Positions 1-9,236 of a stretch of DNA of 61,914 nt are shown piece by piece. The DNA is from Terriglobia bacterium. GTDB lineage: Bacteria > Acidobacteriota > Terriglobia > Acidiferrales > UBA7541. The stretch lies in assembly GCA_041493955.1 (NCBI GenBank), contig JBGPZW010000001.1, forward strand, positions 1-61,914, written 5' to 3'. A program made the translations under genes and the position numbers. The notes under the pieces were generated by a model. The model was not told where the DNA came from. It saw only the letters and a program-made list of their open reading frames with translations, and made no database searches. The stretch's first letter is position 1, and each line of letters opens with the position of its first letter.

Positions 1-825
1 GCGTAGGCCTCGATCGCCGCGGCCACGCCATTCTGGTCGTTGCTCAACGTCTCGCGCCAGCCCAGGCGCTTGAGTTCCGGCACGCTGTTACCCATCACCA
101 CCGGCAGGCCGGCGTATTCGAGCATCTCGCGGTCGTTCAGATTGTCGCCGATGGCCATCACGTCTTCGCGCGCGAGCTGCCGCAGCGCGGCCCATTCAGC
201 CAGCGCCGCGCCCTTCGAGCAGGTCAGATGGAGCACGTCCACGAGGCTGAAATTGCGGGCTTCGTATTCCGTCATGGCCATCGCGAACGGGTTCGCGGTC
301 GGCATCGCGCGCAGTGTGGCCGCGACCTCCCGCATGCGGCCCACTGGCCCGCTGTACATCACCTGAATCGGGTCTTCGGTCAGACAGGCTTCCAGGGGCA
401 CCACCTGCGCGATGAATTCACGGTTGCGTTCAAAGTAGCTCTTTCGGCCAGGATCTTCCCAGTCCATCTGCTCGTAGATGACCTGGTTCTCGCGCGGGCG
501 GTCGAAAACCACTGTGGTCCCGGCGCGAAATTCCATCGTGGCCTCGAGCACGGCCCGAGCGACATCCCGTGGAAGCAGATGACGCAGCAGCGTCACGCCA
601 TCCTTCGACTTGATCAACGCGCCGTTGTTGACGATCATCGTCAGCGGGCAGTCGAGCTGCCGGGCGATGGGCAGGGCAAAGTCGAACCGCCGGCCGGTGA
701 CCAGCGCCACTTCGATCCCGCGCCCCACCGCCTCGACGATGGCCTTGCGGTTCGCTTCCGGCAGGTGCCAGCGGCTGTCCAGCAGCGTGCCATCTATATC
801 AATCGCGATGAACCTCACAGGCATT
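1..825 (-). CDS. Cof-type HAD-IIB family hydrolase (3' end outside window)
   Basis: Hand translation of the minus strand from ATG (complement of 823-825): MPVRFIAIDIDGTLLDSRWHLPEANRKAIVEAVGRGIEVALVTGRRF...GDNLNDREMLEYAGLPVVMGNS. It carries the HAD motif I (DxDGT) and motif IV (GDxxND). The frame stays open to the window edge, so the gene is absent from the ORF track. Confidence 0.8.
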
Positions 826-1320
826 CCATTATCCTACCCTGAGCACGGGACGCCGTCTGCCGGTTGTCTCGTAAGCAGAGCCGCCCAGTAACCCACGCAG
901 CATTTGCCCTCGCAGTTGGAAGCGATCCAAGCGTGCACACTTGGGCTGGCGTGAGAGACGAGATACGAAACGCAGAGGTGGCGCGGGCCTGGCACAACAG
1001 CAAGAACCGCCGGCGAGGACGCCAGCGTTTCGGAACCCGCATACGGAGGCAGCGCGGTCCCCGGCCCACCAGTGCACGGGCTCACATTTCCACCCTCTTC
1101 CCCCCGCCCCCCACCCCCCTATTGTTTTCAGGTAAGTGCTGATTCTGCTAGCCTTAGGCTCCAAGAATCGGCTAAGTGCGGATTGTAAAGGGCTTACGGG
1201 AGCGTCACTCCTGGAGCGCGTCATGGGACTCGCGCATTCTAAAAGAGTTGTGCGGCCGCACGTGCAGCATGCACCCTTCGCGTGCTTAACGCGGGCAAGA
1301 TCCCGATCGCGCCTGGCGAG

Positions 1321-1401
1321 GCCAGGCCGCCAAGCGCCCTTGGCGTAGCCAAGAGACCGAGCGCGGTTGGCGCGGCCAAGAAACCGAGTTGCGACCAAAG
1401 G
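1321..1401. repeat. Three degenerate tandem 27-nt units, each starting GCCA(A/G)G
   Basis: Units are gccaggccgccaagcgcccttggcgta / gccaagagaccgagcgcggttggcgcg / gccaagaaaccgagttgcgaccaaagg, read directly. They lie in the 800-bp gene-free spacer. Confidence 0.5.
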
Positions 1402-1547
1402 CATGACGCATCTATTCCGTGTAAGGCGGAAGCGAGCGGGTAATTTCCTCGGCGAGCCTTACAATCCATTATACCTTGCAGGTCAATCAAATTTTCCGGG
1501 CATACGATCTTCCCAAGGATGCGGATTCCGAAAAGCATTTCGACAAA

Positions 1548-1595
1548 CGATAGAGGAAAAGCCCCACCCTTGCTTCGCGAGAATGGAGCACCCGG
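1548..1595 (+). repeat. Partial copy (3' module) of the dispersed intergenic repeat family
   Basis: cgatagaggaaaagccccacccttgcttcgcgagaatggagcacccgg matches 6971-7019 at roughly 43/48 positions. It also matches the end of 4435-4628. Confidence 0.7.
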
Positions 1596-1628
1596 GCATC
1601 GGTTTGGGCGGGTATAATCCACGCCACT

Positions 1629-4355
1629 GTGGCACTGACATCTGGCACTAAACTCGGGCCATACGAGATCGTTTCTCCGCTTGGGGCGGGCGGGATGGGC
1701 GAGGTCTATCGCGCGAGGGACACGCGGCTGGAGCGCACGGTCGCGATCAAGATTCTTCCCGCGCATCTTTCCGACGATCCGGCTCGGCGGCAGCGCTTCG
1801 AGCGCGAAGCGAAGGCCATCTCCAGGCTGAATCATCCGCACATCTGCGTGCTGCACGACATCGGACGTCAGGATGGTATCGACTATATGGTGATGGAGTG
1901 CCTGGAGGGAGAGACACTCGCCAAGCGTCTCGAAAAGGGGCCGATGCCACTCGAACAAGTTCTTACATTTGGCACGCAAATTGCCGACGCGCTGGACAAG
2001 ACGCATCGGATGGGGATCGTTCACCGCGATCTGAAGCCCGGAAACATCATGCTGACGAAGTCCGGCGCGAAACTGCTGGACTTTGGATTGGCGAAGCCGT
2101 TGGCCGCCGACGCGGCGGCTGTGACGTTGATGACGACCCCTGCGGGAGCGCGGCCGCTCACTGCGGAAGGGACGATTGTGGGGACGTTCCAGTACATGTC
2201 GCCAGAGCAACTGGAAGGGAAAGAGGCCGATGCGCGCAGCGACATTTTCGCGTTTGGCGCGGTGCTGTATGAGATGACGACGGGGAAGAAAGCGTTCGAG
2301 GGAAAAACCCAAGCCAGCTTGATCGCGGCGATATTGGAGCGGGAGCCGCCGCCGATATCGAGCTTGCAACCGATGGTGCCTGCGGCGCTCGAACGCGTGG
2401 TGAAAACGTGTTTGGCGAAAGTCCCCGACGAGCGCTGGCAGACCGTCCATGACGTGAAGCTGCAGCTCCAGTGGATTGCGGAAGGCGGATCACAGGCCGG
2501 AACATTGGCTCCGTTGGCAGCGCGGCGAAGAATTCGGGAGTGGCTGGCCTGGGTGGCGGGCGCGGTCTTCCTATTGACCACAATTGCGTTGGCAATCGGC
2601 TTCGTTCTGCGCGCACCGCGGCCGCCGCAAACAATGCGGCTGAGCGCGGAGATCGGTGCGGATGCAAACCTAGTCACGGACGCGGGGACTTCCGCGATTC
2701 TGTCCCCCGACGGCATGCGGCTGGCCCTTGTCGCGGCCGGTGCAGATCAAAAGCGGCGGATCTACGTCCGCTCGCTGGACCAGCTGCAGGCGACAGCACT
2801 AGCGGGCACGGAAAATGCCCAGAATCCATTTTTCTCGCCCGACGGCCAATGGCTCGGCTTCTTCGCCGACAGAAAAGTGAAGAAGATCACTGTCCAGGGT
2901 GGTGCAGCAGTCACTGTCTGCGATGCTGCCAGCGGCCGCGGCGGAAGTTGGAGCGGGGACGGCACCATCGTGTTCACACCGAACATCAGGGCGGCCCTAT
3001 TCAAAGTGTCTTCGTCGGGAGGAACGCCCCAACAGTTGACCACGCTCGACAAGCAAGCGGGCGAAGTCACGCAACGCTGGCCCCAGGTGCTGCCCGGCGG
3101 CGAGGCCGTGCTGTTTACTTCCAACACTCACGGTGGCAACTACGAGGACGCGGACATTGAGGTGTACTCGATGGCCTCCGGACAGCGGAAGACGGTGCAG
3201 CACGGGGGCTTCTATGCGCGTTATGTGCCCACAGGCCACGTCGTTTACGTACACGAAGGCACCCTATTCGCCGTGCCGTTCAATCTGAAACGCCTGGAAG
3301 TGACGGGCCAGCCGGCGCCAATCCTTGAGGGCGTATCTGCGGTTCCCGGCGATGGCAGTGCGCAGTTCTCCTTTTCTGAGGCCGGAAACCTCGTGTATGT
3401 GGCGGGGCGCGGCGGGTTTCAGCCCGTCTCCATCTACTGGATGGATCGCCAGGGCAAATTCACGCCCCTCCGCGAGACTCCCGGCGACTACTACAATCCC
3501 GCGTTCTCCCCCGACGGCAAGCGCTTGGCTTTGGAAATCAGTGACGGCAAAACGGCGGATATCTGGGTCTATGAGTGGGAACGCGATACTCTCACGCGCC
3601 TGACCTTCGGCGGTGAAGGCCGCAACCTTAGCCCGGTCTGGACGCCCGACGGCCAGAGAATTACCTATTCTTTCCTCGAAAATGCCGGGGCGGTTGACCT
3701 CTACTGGAAACGCGCCGATGGCACCGGGGATGCCCTGCGTTTAACACGAACCCAGCACCGGAAAATCCCCGCCTCCTGGCGTCCAGACGGAAAGGTTCTC
3801 GCTTTCGACCAACTCAAAACCGGCAGCTCCTGGAACACGTTCACGATGTCCATCGAAGGCAATGAAAAGTTGGGCTGGAAGCCCGGGGAACCAAAACTCT
3901 TCTTGAACAGCCCTTTCTCGGAAGAGGCGTCAGCGTTCTCGCCGGATGGCCGCTGGCTGGCTTACGAGTCCAACGAATCTGAGAACTTCGAGGTGTACGT
4001 CCGGCCGTTTCCCGGTCCCGGCGGCAAGTGGCAGATTTCCACCGGCGGCGGCCGCTTCCCCAAGTGGTCCCGCAACGGCCAAGAGATCTTTTATCGCACG
4101 CAGGACAACAAAATTATGGTGGCTAGCTACGCTGCTTCCGGCGACTCCTTCCGGCCCGACAAACCGCGGCTCTGGTCGCCCGGGCAGTTCACGGAGAGGC
4201 TAGGTAACTTCAACTTCGATCTGCACCCTGATGGCAAGCGGTTCGCGGTTCTGAAGTCCCCACCCACGGGCGAGACCTCGCCAGTCAACAAGGTCAGCTT
4301 TATCTTCAATTTCTTCGAGGAGCTCCGCCGCAAGGTGCCCACCGACAAGAATTGA
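1629..4355 (+). CDS. Serine/threonine protein kinase with one TM segment and a C-terminal TolB-like beta-propeller region
   Basis: 908-aa ORF with a GTG start. Hanks kinase motifs are present: GAGGMGEVY, VAIK, HRDLKPGN, DFG, SPEQ. A TM segment (WLAWVAGAVFLLTTIALAIGFVL) follows. After it come repeated FSPDG/WSPDG/WTPDG propeller motifs typical of TolB/WD40-like domains. Confidence 0.9.
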   Translation: MALTSGTKLGPYEIVSPLGAGGMGEVYRARDTRLERTVAIKILPAHLSDDPARRQRFEREAKAISRLNHPHICVLHDIGRQDGIDYMVMECLEGETLAKRLEKGPMPLEQVLTFGTQIADALDKTHRMGIVHRDLKPGNIMLTKSGAKLLDFGLAKPLAADAAAVTLMTTPAGARPLTAEGTIVGTFQYMSPEQLEGKEADARSDIFAFGAVLYEMTTGKKAFEGKTQASLIAAILEREPPPISSLQPMVPAALERVVKTCLAKVPDERWQTVHDVKLQLQWIAEGGSQAGTLAPLAARRRIREWLAWVAGAVFLLTTIALAIGFVLRAPRPPQTMRLSAEIGADANLVTDAGTSAILSPDGMRLALVAAGADQKRRIYVRSLDQLQATALAGTENAQNPFFSPDGQWLGFFADRKVKKITVQGGAAVTVCDAASGRGGSWSGDGTIVFTPNIRAALFKVSSSGGTPQQLTTLDKQAGEVTQRWPQVLPGGEAVLFTSNTHGGNYEDADIEVYSMASGQRKTVQHGGFYARYVPTGHVVYVHEGTLFAVPFNLKRLEVTGQPAPILEGVSAVPGDGSAQFSFSEAGNLVYVAGRGGFQPVSIYWMDRQGKFTPLRETPGDYYNPAFSPDGKRLALEISDGKTADIWVYEWERDTLTRLTFGGEGRNLSPVWTPDGQRITYSFLENAGAVDLYWKRADGTGDALRLTRTQHRKIPASWRPDGKVLAFDQLKTGSSWNTFTMSIEGNEKLGWKPGEPKLFLNSPFSEEASAFSPDGRWLAYESNESENFEVYVRPFPGPGGKWQISTGGGRFPKWSRNGQEIFYRTQDNKIMVASYAASGDSFRPDKPRLWSPGQFTERLGNFNFDLHPDGKRFAVLKSPPTGETSPVNKVSFIFNFFEELRRKVPTDKN

Positions 4356-4434
4356 CGCCGCCAGCGATATCCCCAGCTTCTGCAGGGCAGATGTGGATCC
4401 CCAAGAGTCGGCTTCACCTCAAATGAGCGCCGCT

Positions 4435-4628
4435 CACTTGGCCGAGTAACGCGCTTTCCGGAAAATGGCAACCAGGCTTTGGAAGCGCACCAGACCGCCC
4501 TCTGATTCGTGTCCGTAATGAGTAGTCGCCTTGTGTTTACGGATAGCTGGCGAGAACAGCCCTTCCCACCAAGAGCGGGATTGTTCTTGATGAGCGCCGA
4601 TAGAGGAAAAGCCCCACCCTCGCTTCGC
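4435..4628 (+). repeat. Dispersed intergenic repeat, copy A (about 195 bp)
   Basis: Aligns colinearly with 6808-7002 at roughly 88 percent identity by hand alignment. Weaker similarity extends about 30-40 bp further upstream. Confidence 0.85.
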
Positions 4629-4656
4629 TCTTATCGAGGGGCAGCCGGCGTCGGCT

Positions 4657-5616
4657 TCATGGCCTGGTTAGACCGCTGTTCGGATCGTGGCCACGTTCAA
4701 GTGAGGCGCGATCCCACTTGGCGAGGTTGGCTGCGGCCTCATACGTCGTCTGCAAGAAGTCGAGCAGCGTGTCGTCGGGGGATGCGGACTGCCGGACGAC
4801 ATCATAGGCCAGAATGAATTCTCGAAGATCGGTGCTGTAGAAGGCGGCGTCAGGTTTGACGCGTGCCTCCGAAAACCCAACCGGTTCCGGATAGGCATAG
4901 GAATAGAACACGGGATAGGGAATCGCGCCACCACCGGGCCAGAACCCGCAGCTACTAACTTCGTGCGAGTAGGCCTCTCGGGTCACCCGGTCCGGCAAGT
5001 TCGGAATCCCGCCAGGATGTTGAGGAGCCGCTCGTCCGGAAAACCGGGTCACAGCCAGGTCGGGGGCGCCCCAGAAGAAGTGCACGGGGCTGCACTTGCC
5101 GATGAACCGAGCCCGAAACTCTTTGAAGACCCGGTCAGCCTGCACGAGCACCTGCCAGAACCGGTTGGCGTACTCGCGATCGTACGCCCGGTGAGTTTCG
5201 TCCTGGTCGAAGCGGATGGGGTCGGCGACTTCGTTAGGCTTCCGGTAGATATTCACGTGAAGGTTGAGCTTCCCCATCTCTTCCATGAGGCGTGTGTAGA
5301 ACGCTGCCACTGACTGCGGTTCGAGCGCAAAAGCACCGATGCCGCCGTCGCTCGACCACACTGTCAGCCGATGGTCAATGAAGTCGAAATTAACTTGGAA
5401 CGTCCGGACGTCATACGGGATGGGCGATGTGGTGAGCCCTCTGGCTGTCACGTAGAGCGTGACATGCCAGGAATGATTCACCCAGGGACTTTGGGCGAGC
5501 CGAACCTTGCCGACGATCTGCGTCCACATGTGCAAGGTCGCGCACGTCTCGCTCCAAGCCTCCAGAGGCAGACTTGGCCAACTTCCCGAATGCGCAGAGG
5601 CCGCGGCGGTCATCAA
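4657..5616 (-). CDS. DUF5996 family protein
   Basis: 319-aa ORF. The blocks LHMWTQIVGKVRLAQSPWVNHSWHVTLYVTARGLTTSPIPY, FIGKCSPVHFFWGAPDLAVTRFSGR and EAYSHEVSSCGFWPG match my memory of the DUF5996 (Ava_C0101-like) family. Confidence 0.75.
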   Translation of the reverse strand: MMTAAASAHSGSWPSLPLEAWSETCATLHMWTQIVGKVRLAQSPWVNHSWHVTLYVTARGLTTSPIPYDVRTFQVNFDFIDHRLTVWSSDGGIGAFALEPQSVAAFYTRLMEEMGKLNLHVNIYRKPNEVADPIRFDQDETHRAYDREYANRFWQVLVQADRVFKEFRARFIGKCSPVHFFWGAPDLAVTRFSGRAAPQHPGGIPNLPDRVTREAYSHEVSSCGFWPGGGAIPYPVFYSYAYPEPVGFSEARVKPDAAFYSTDLREFILAYDVVRQSASPDDTLLDFLQTTYEAAANLAKWDRASLERGHDPNSGLTRP

Positions 5617-5897
5617 CTCTCCTTTACATGGCTCCCGCGGTCTAACTCTTGTTCATGCTGACCCGCGTAAAGCCGGTTCCGGAATCGCTCAATTAGAGCA
5701 CCCCTCAATCAGCGAGTCAAAGAGTCAAGGCGCACAGCCTCACGCAGCGCCGATGCATTCCACATTGTCTCTGATGTCTTTTACCGCAAACCGAGGCGCT
5801 AGAACTTCTGTAGTCAAGGAATAGCACAGATAAACGCAGGCCAGAGATGAGTTCGCGATGTGAGTAACGGCCTTTTATGCATACTTAACGAATCGCG

Positions 5898-6212
5898 TTA
5901 CCAGCGAATCAGATCCTCAAGATCTTCCACCACAACGACTTCATACTTTTCCAACATCGGCAGCAGGACGTTCTCCAGTTCGCGCTTCCAAAGATCCCCT
6001 TCATAAAAGTGTGCTTTCATCGGCTGACGCGAAGGGAGATCCGGGAAGCCGCGCATCCAAAAGAAGGTGTCGGGATCTTCGACGGAAAGAAATGGACCCA
6101 CTATTTTCATCCCGATTTCTGTATGTGCCGGAATAGACTTGGAACGAAATATCTCAAGGAACTGGGAGCGCATGCCGGGCTTGGTTTTATAGGTGCGCAT
6201 TTCGATGATCAT
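5898..6212 (-). CDS. NIPSNAP family protein
   Basis: 104-aa ORF beginning MIIEMRTYKTKPGMRSQFLEIF, with size and pattern typical of the NIPSNAP/dimeric alpha-beta barrel family. It is divergent from an HxlR regulator gene. Confidence 0.75.
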   Translation of the reverse strand: MIIEMRTYKTKPGMRSQFLEIFRSKSIPAHTEIGMKIVGPFLSVEDPDTFFWMRGFPDLPSRQPMKAHFYEGDLWKRELENVLLPMLEKYEVVVVEDLEDLIRW

Positions 6213-6289
6213 TTAAACGCCTCCGCCAGCAGACTTGCGCGGGGAGCGTAAAAAAGCAAGAATGCAATTCAAGGTAATCCGGTAACCTT

Positions 6290-6661
6290 ATGGAAAACCG
6301 TCCTGCGGTAAAAAGCGCTGGTGTGTCGCCACTAGCTCTGCCGACGAAGTGCCCGCTTACAGCGGCCCTGAACGCCATTGGTGGCAAATGGAGCTTGATT
6401 TGCCTCTATTGGTTGGATTCCGGCACGCGCCGGTTCAACGAACTGCGCCGGTTAATGCCCGAGATTTCACACAAGGTCCTAGCCGCGACGCTCCGCCGTC
6501 TGGAGCGCGAGGGGCTGGTCTGTCGAACTGTTTATGCGGAGGTCCCGCCGCGAGTTGAGTACCGCATCTCTAGCCACGGAGAAACCGTGCGTCCGCTGAT
6601 CCAAGGCGTTCGAGCATGGGGCCGCGAGCACCTGGAGTGGAAGCGACAACGACGGGCCTAA
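6290..6661 (+). CDS. HxlR family transcriptional regulator
   Basis: 123-aa ORF containing CPLTAALNAIGGKWSLICLYWL...RFNELRRLMPEISHKVLAATLRRLEREGLV...YAEVPPRVEYRIS. This is the canonical HxlR winged-helix signature. Confidence 0.9.
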   Translation: MENRPAVKSAGVSPLALPTKCPLTAALNAIGGKWSLICLYWLDSGTRRFNELRRLMPEISHKVLAATLRRLEREGLVCRTVYAEVPPRVEYRISSHGETVRPLIQGVRAWGREHLEWKRQRRA

Positions 6662-6807
6662 CCCTCCTCAAGGACTTCCACATGATGGCCAGAAGGATCG
6701 AGGAAACGGAAGGCCGTAGACCGTGGTCGCCGGCAAACCTGAGATGTGGCTGTCCCAGTCCCCCTGTGGACGATTGTGCCCGAGTGGCGGCGCACTGGGG
6801 AGCGATT

Positions 6808-7019
6808 CACTTGGTTGAGAAACGCGCTTTCCGGAAAATGGGCAACTAGGCTTTGGAAGCACACCAGACCGCCTGCGGATTCGTATCCGTAATGAGGAGT
6901 CGGCTTGTGTTTACTGATGGCTGGCGAGAACAGCCCTTCCCAGCAAGAGCGGGATTGCTCTTGATAAGCGCCGATAGAGGAAAAGCCTCACCCTCGCTTC
7001 GCGAGAATGGGACACCCGG
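6808..7019 (+). repeat. Dispersed intergenic repeat, copy B (full length, including the 3' module shared with 1548-1595)
   Basis: Same order and orientation as copy A. Its 3' end, gagaatgggacacccgg, is shared with the partial copy at 1548-1595. Confidence 0.85.
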
Positions 7020-7067
7020 ACACCCGCCTCTCCGATGTGGTGACTGAAAGTAACTGCCAACTGCGCC

Positions 7068-7607
7068 TCAAGATTTTCGTTTGGTCCTTAAGTGAGCCCG
7101 TTTGTACTTGAGGGCGATCAGGCCTTTCGAGTAGGTCTTGTTCTCGACGAGCGAGAAGTCGCGTTGGGGGAAGCCGCTAAGGAAGAGCGGAATACCTTCA
7201 CCGAGCAACACCGGAACAATGCCGAGGTAGAGTTCATCGACCAAGTCCGCTTTGAGAAAGTCGCGGGCGAGTTGGCCACCTCCCATCAGCCAGATGTCCT
7301 TGCCGGGGTGTTTGCGGAGTTGAGCGATGACAGTGGCGGGGGATTGGTTGACGAACGTCAGCCCATCACGCTCGCCAGGCGGCAGCGAATGGGAGAAGAC
7401 GTAAGACTTCATGGACGAGTGGAATGAGCCGCCACCCATTCCACGAGCAATGTCGAAGGTCTTGCGACCCATGACGGCAATATCAATGGTGGCGAAGAAG
7501 TCGGCCATCGAGTAGTCCTTGGGCATGAAGAGAAAGTCGACGGCGCCGTTCGGGCGAGCGATATAACCGTCGAGGCTGATGCCGAGGCCAAGGACAACCC
7601 TGCGCAT
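7068..7607 (-). CDS. Dihydrofolate reductase family protein (RibD C-terminal domain type)
   Basis: 179-aa ORF containing SLDGYIARPNG..DFL, AVMGRKTF and IWLMGGGQLARDFLKADLVDELYLGIVPVLLGEGIPLF. These are typical of RibD_C/DHFR-like reductases. Confidence 0.85.
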   Translation of the reverse strand: MRRVVLGLGISLDGYIARPNGAVDFLFMPKDYSMADFFATIDIAVMGRKTFDIARGMGGGSFHSSMKSYVFSHSLPPGERDGLTFVNQSPATVIAQLRKHPGKDIWLMGGGQLARDFLKADLVDELYLGIVPVLLGEGIPLFLSGFPQRDFSLVENKTYSKGLIALKYKRAHLRTKRKS

Positions 7608-7993
7608 GGAGGGATTGTAAACGAATCGCGCCCCTTTGGCCGAGACAGTTCACGCAGGGGGATATGGCGGGGGGAACGGGCCGGCCCGGGGGCGGTGAGA
7701 ACCACGGGTCGTTCTCGACGGTAGATGAGGCGGTCAACCTGCTGAATCTTTGCATTCTGAGTGAAAAACGCGTTTAGCGGAAGTCAGTCGCCCGCTTCGG
7801 ACGCTTGATGACGCGGCAGTCTTTCAACACAAGAGACACCAAGCTGTCTCATAAATCGCAGCAAGGGATGTGTTTCCTCGCTGCGCTGGGAATGACACCG
7901 TGTAAGGCCCTTTCGAGAAGCATGACAGACGTGCAAAGCTAGGCGGGCGCTGTGCGCTTGCACACGGACGTGCTGTGCTAGACTTCATCGCTT

Positions 7994-9184
7994 ATGCGCG
8001 CCACTGTTGCTTCCACGCTGACGCATCTGGAGTGCTCGAGCTGCAAGAAAACGCATCCGCACGACCGTTTACAAAACCTCTGCACTTGCGGCAAGCCGCT
8101 GCTGGCGCGCTACGATTTGAAAGCCGCGGCGCGGACTCTGACGCGCTCGGCGCTGGCGGGCCGCCCCGCGAATATGTGGCGCTATGCCGAAGTCTTACCG
8201 GGGAACCCGGCGGTCTCACTGGGCGAGGGCATGACGCCGTTGCTGCACGCACGCCGCGCGGGCGCAGCCATCGGCCTGAAGAATCTCTACGTGAAGGACG
8301 AGGGCCTGAATCCCACCGGCTCGTTCAAGGCGCGCGGGCTTGCGGCGGCGGTCACGCAGGCGAAAGCGTACGGCGCGAAGACGCTGGCCATCCCCACGGC
8401 GGGCAATGCGGGTGGGGCGCTGGCGGCATATGCGGCGCAGGCGGGCATTGGGTGCGTGATCGTGATGCCGGCGGACACACCGCTGGCCAACGTGATGGAG
8501 TGCCGGGCGTTTGGCGCTGACGTGCGCAAGATTGATGGGCTGATCTCCGACTGCGGGAAATACGTCGCCGAGCACAAGGATCGCGAGGGCTGGTTCGACG
8601 TCTCGACGTTGAAGGAGCCTTACCGGATCGAAGGCAAGAAAACGATGGGCTATGAGCTCTGGGAGCAGTTCGATGGAAAACTGCCCGAGGTGATAATCTA
8701 TCCCACCGGCGGCGGCGTGGGCCTGATCGGGATGTGCAAGGCATTTGACGAGATGGAAGCGATGGGCTGGATCGGCTCCGGTCGGCCGCGTATGGTCTCG
8801 GTCCAGGCCACGGGCTGCGCGCCGATTGTCCAGGCGTTCGAGAAGCAGCGCGAGAGCGCGGAATTCTGGGAGCATGCCGAGACGATCGCTGCCGGCCTGC
8901 GCGTTCCCAAGGCGCTGGGCGACTTCCTCATTCTCTCCTACCTGCGCGCAACGCGGGGCACGGCGGTCGCGGCTACGGACGACGAGATGCTCTCTGCGGG
9001 CAGGGAATTGGCAGCGCTCGAAGGCATCTATGCCGCGCCCGAAGGCGCCGCGACGCTGGTGGCGGCGCGCAAGCTCGCCATGGGGAATTGGATTCGGCCC
9101 GACGAAACCGTCGTGCTGTTCAATACCGGCACCGGCTATAAGTACAGTGAGGCCTGGCAGAAGGCGCTGGACGGCAAAGTCTGA
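7994..9184 (+). CDS. thrC: Threonine synthase (PLP-dependent, with N-terminal Cys4 zinc-ribbon)
   Basis: 396-aa ORF with LECSSCKKTHP...CTCGKPL at the N-terminus. The PLP-lysine motif NPTGSFKARG is present. The overall pattern is that of a fold-type II PLP enzyme. Confidence 0.85.
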   Translation: MRATVASTLTHLECSSCKKTHPHDRLQNLCTCGKPLLARYDLKAAARTLTRSALAGRPANMWRYAEVLPGNPAVSLGEGMTPLLHARRAGAAIGLKNLYVKDEGLNPTGSFKARGLAAAVTQAKAYGAKTLAIPTAGNAGGALAAYAAQAGIGCVIVMPADTPLANVMECRAFGADVRKIDGLISDCGKYVAEHKDREGWFDVSTLKEPYRIEGKKTMGYELWEQFDGKLPEVIIYPTGGGVGLIGMCKAFDEMEAMGWIGSGRPRMVSVQATGCAPIVQAFEKQRESAEFWEHAETIAAGLRVPKALGDFLILSYLRATRGTAVAATDDEMLSAGRELAALEGIYAAPEGAATLVAARKLAMGNWIRPDETVVLFNTGTGYKYSEAWQKALDGKV

Positions 9185-9236
9185 AGGTGGAGTCCGGAAG
9201 GCAGCGATCGTCACCGCACCCGAAGGGGGAAACAGT

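Noticed and set aside
1239-2450. Long ORFs antisense to, or out of frame with, real genes. Examples are 1239-2450(-), 8216-9214(-), 19944-21086(+), 21888-23138(-), 31830-33098(+), 39911-41347(+), 53080-54186(-), 57035-58894(-) and 59817-61031(-).
   Set aside because: Their translations are Arg/Ala/Gly/Pro-rich low-complexity sequence with no motifs. Each lies opposite a gene with clear family signatures. This is the expected artefact of stop-codon depletion in high-GC DNA.
6262-6289. A short inverted repeat, AAGGT-N9-ACCTT, overlapping the HxlR start as a candidate operator.
   Set aside because: With only 5-bp arms it is too short to distinguish from chance without comparative data.
8745-9236. 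The 5' extension of the AlaX-like ORF, and similar upstream extensions of the nadB, aroB, ubiE, tatC, hutH, crotonase, M16, TolC, mtnC and hydrolase ORFs in the track.
   Set aside because: The extensions overlap the preceding gene or are compositionally junk. Conserved N-terminal motifs or signal peptides, and in several cases a Shine-Dalgarno sequence, begin at the internal starts I used.
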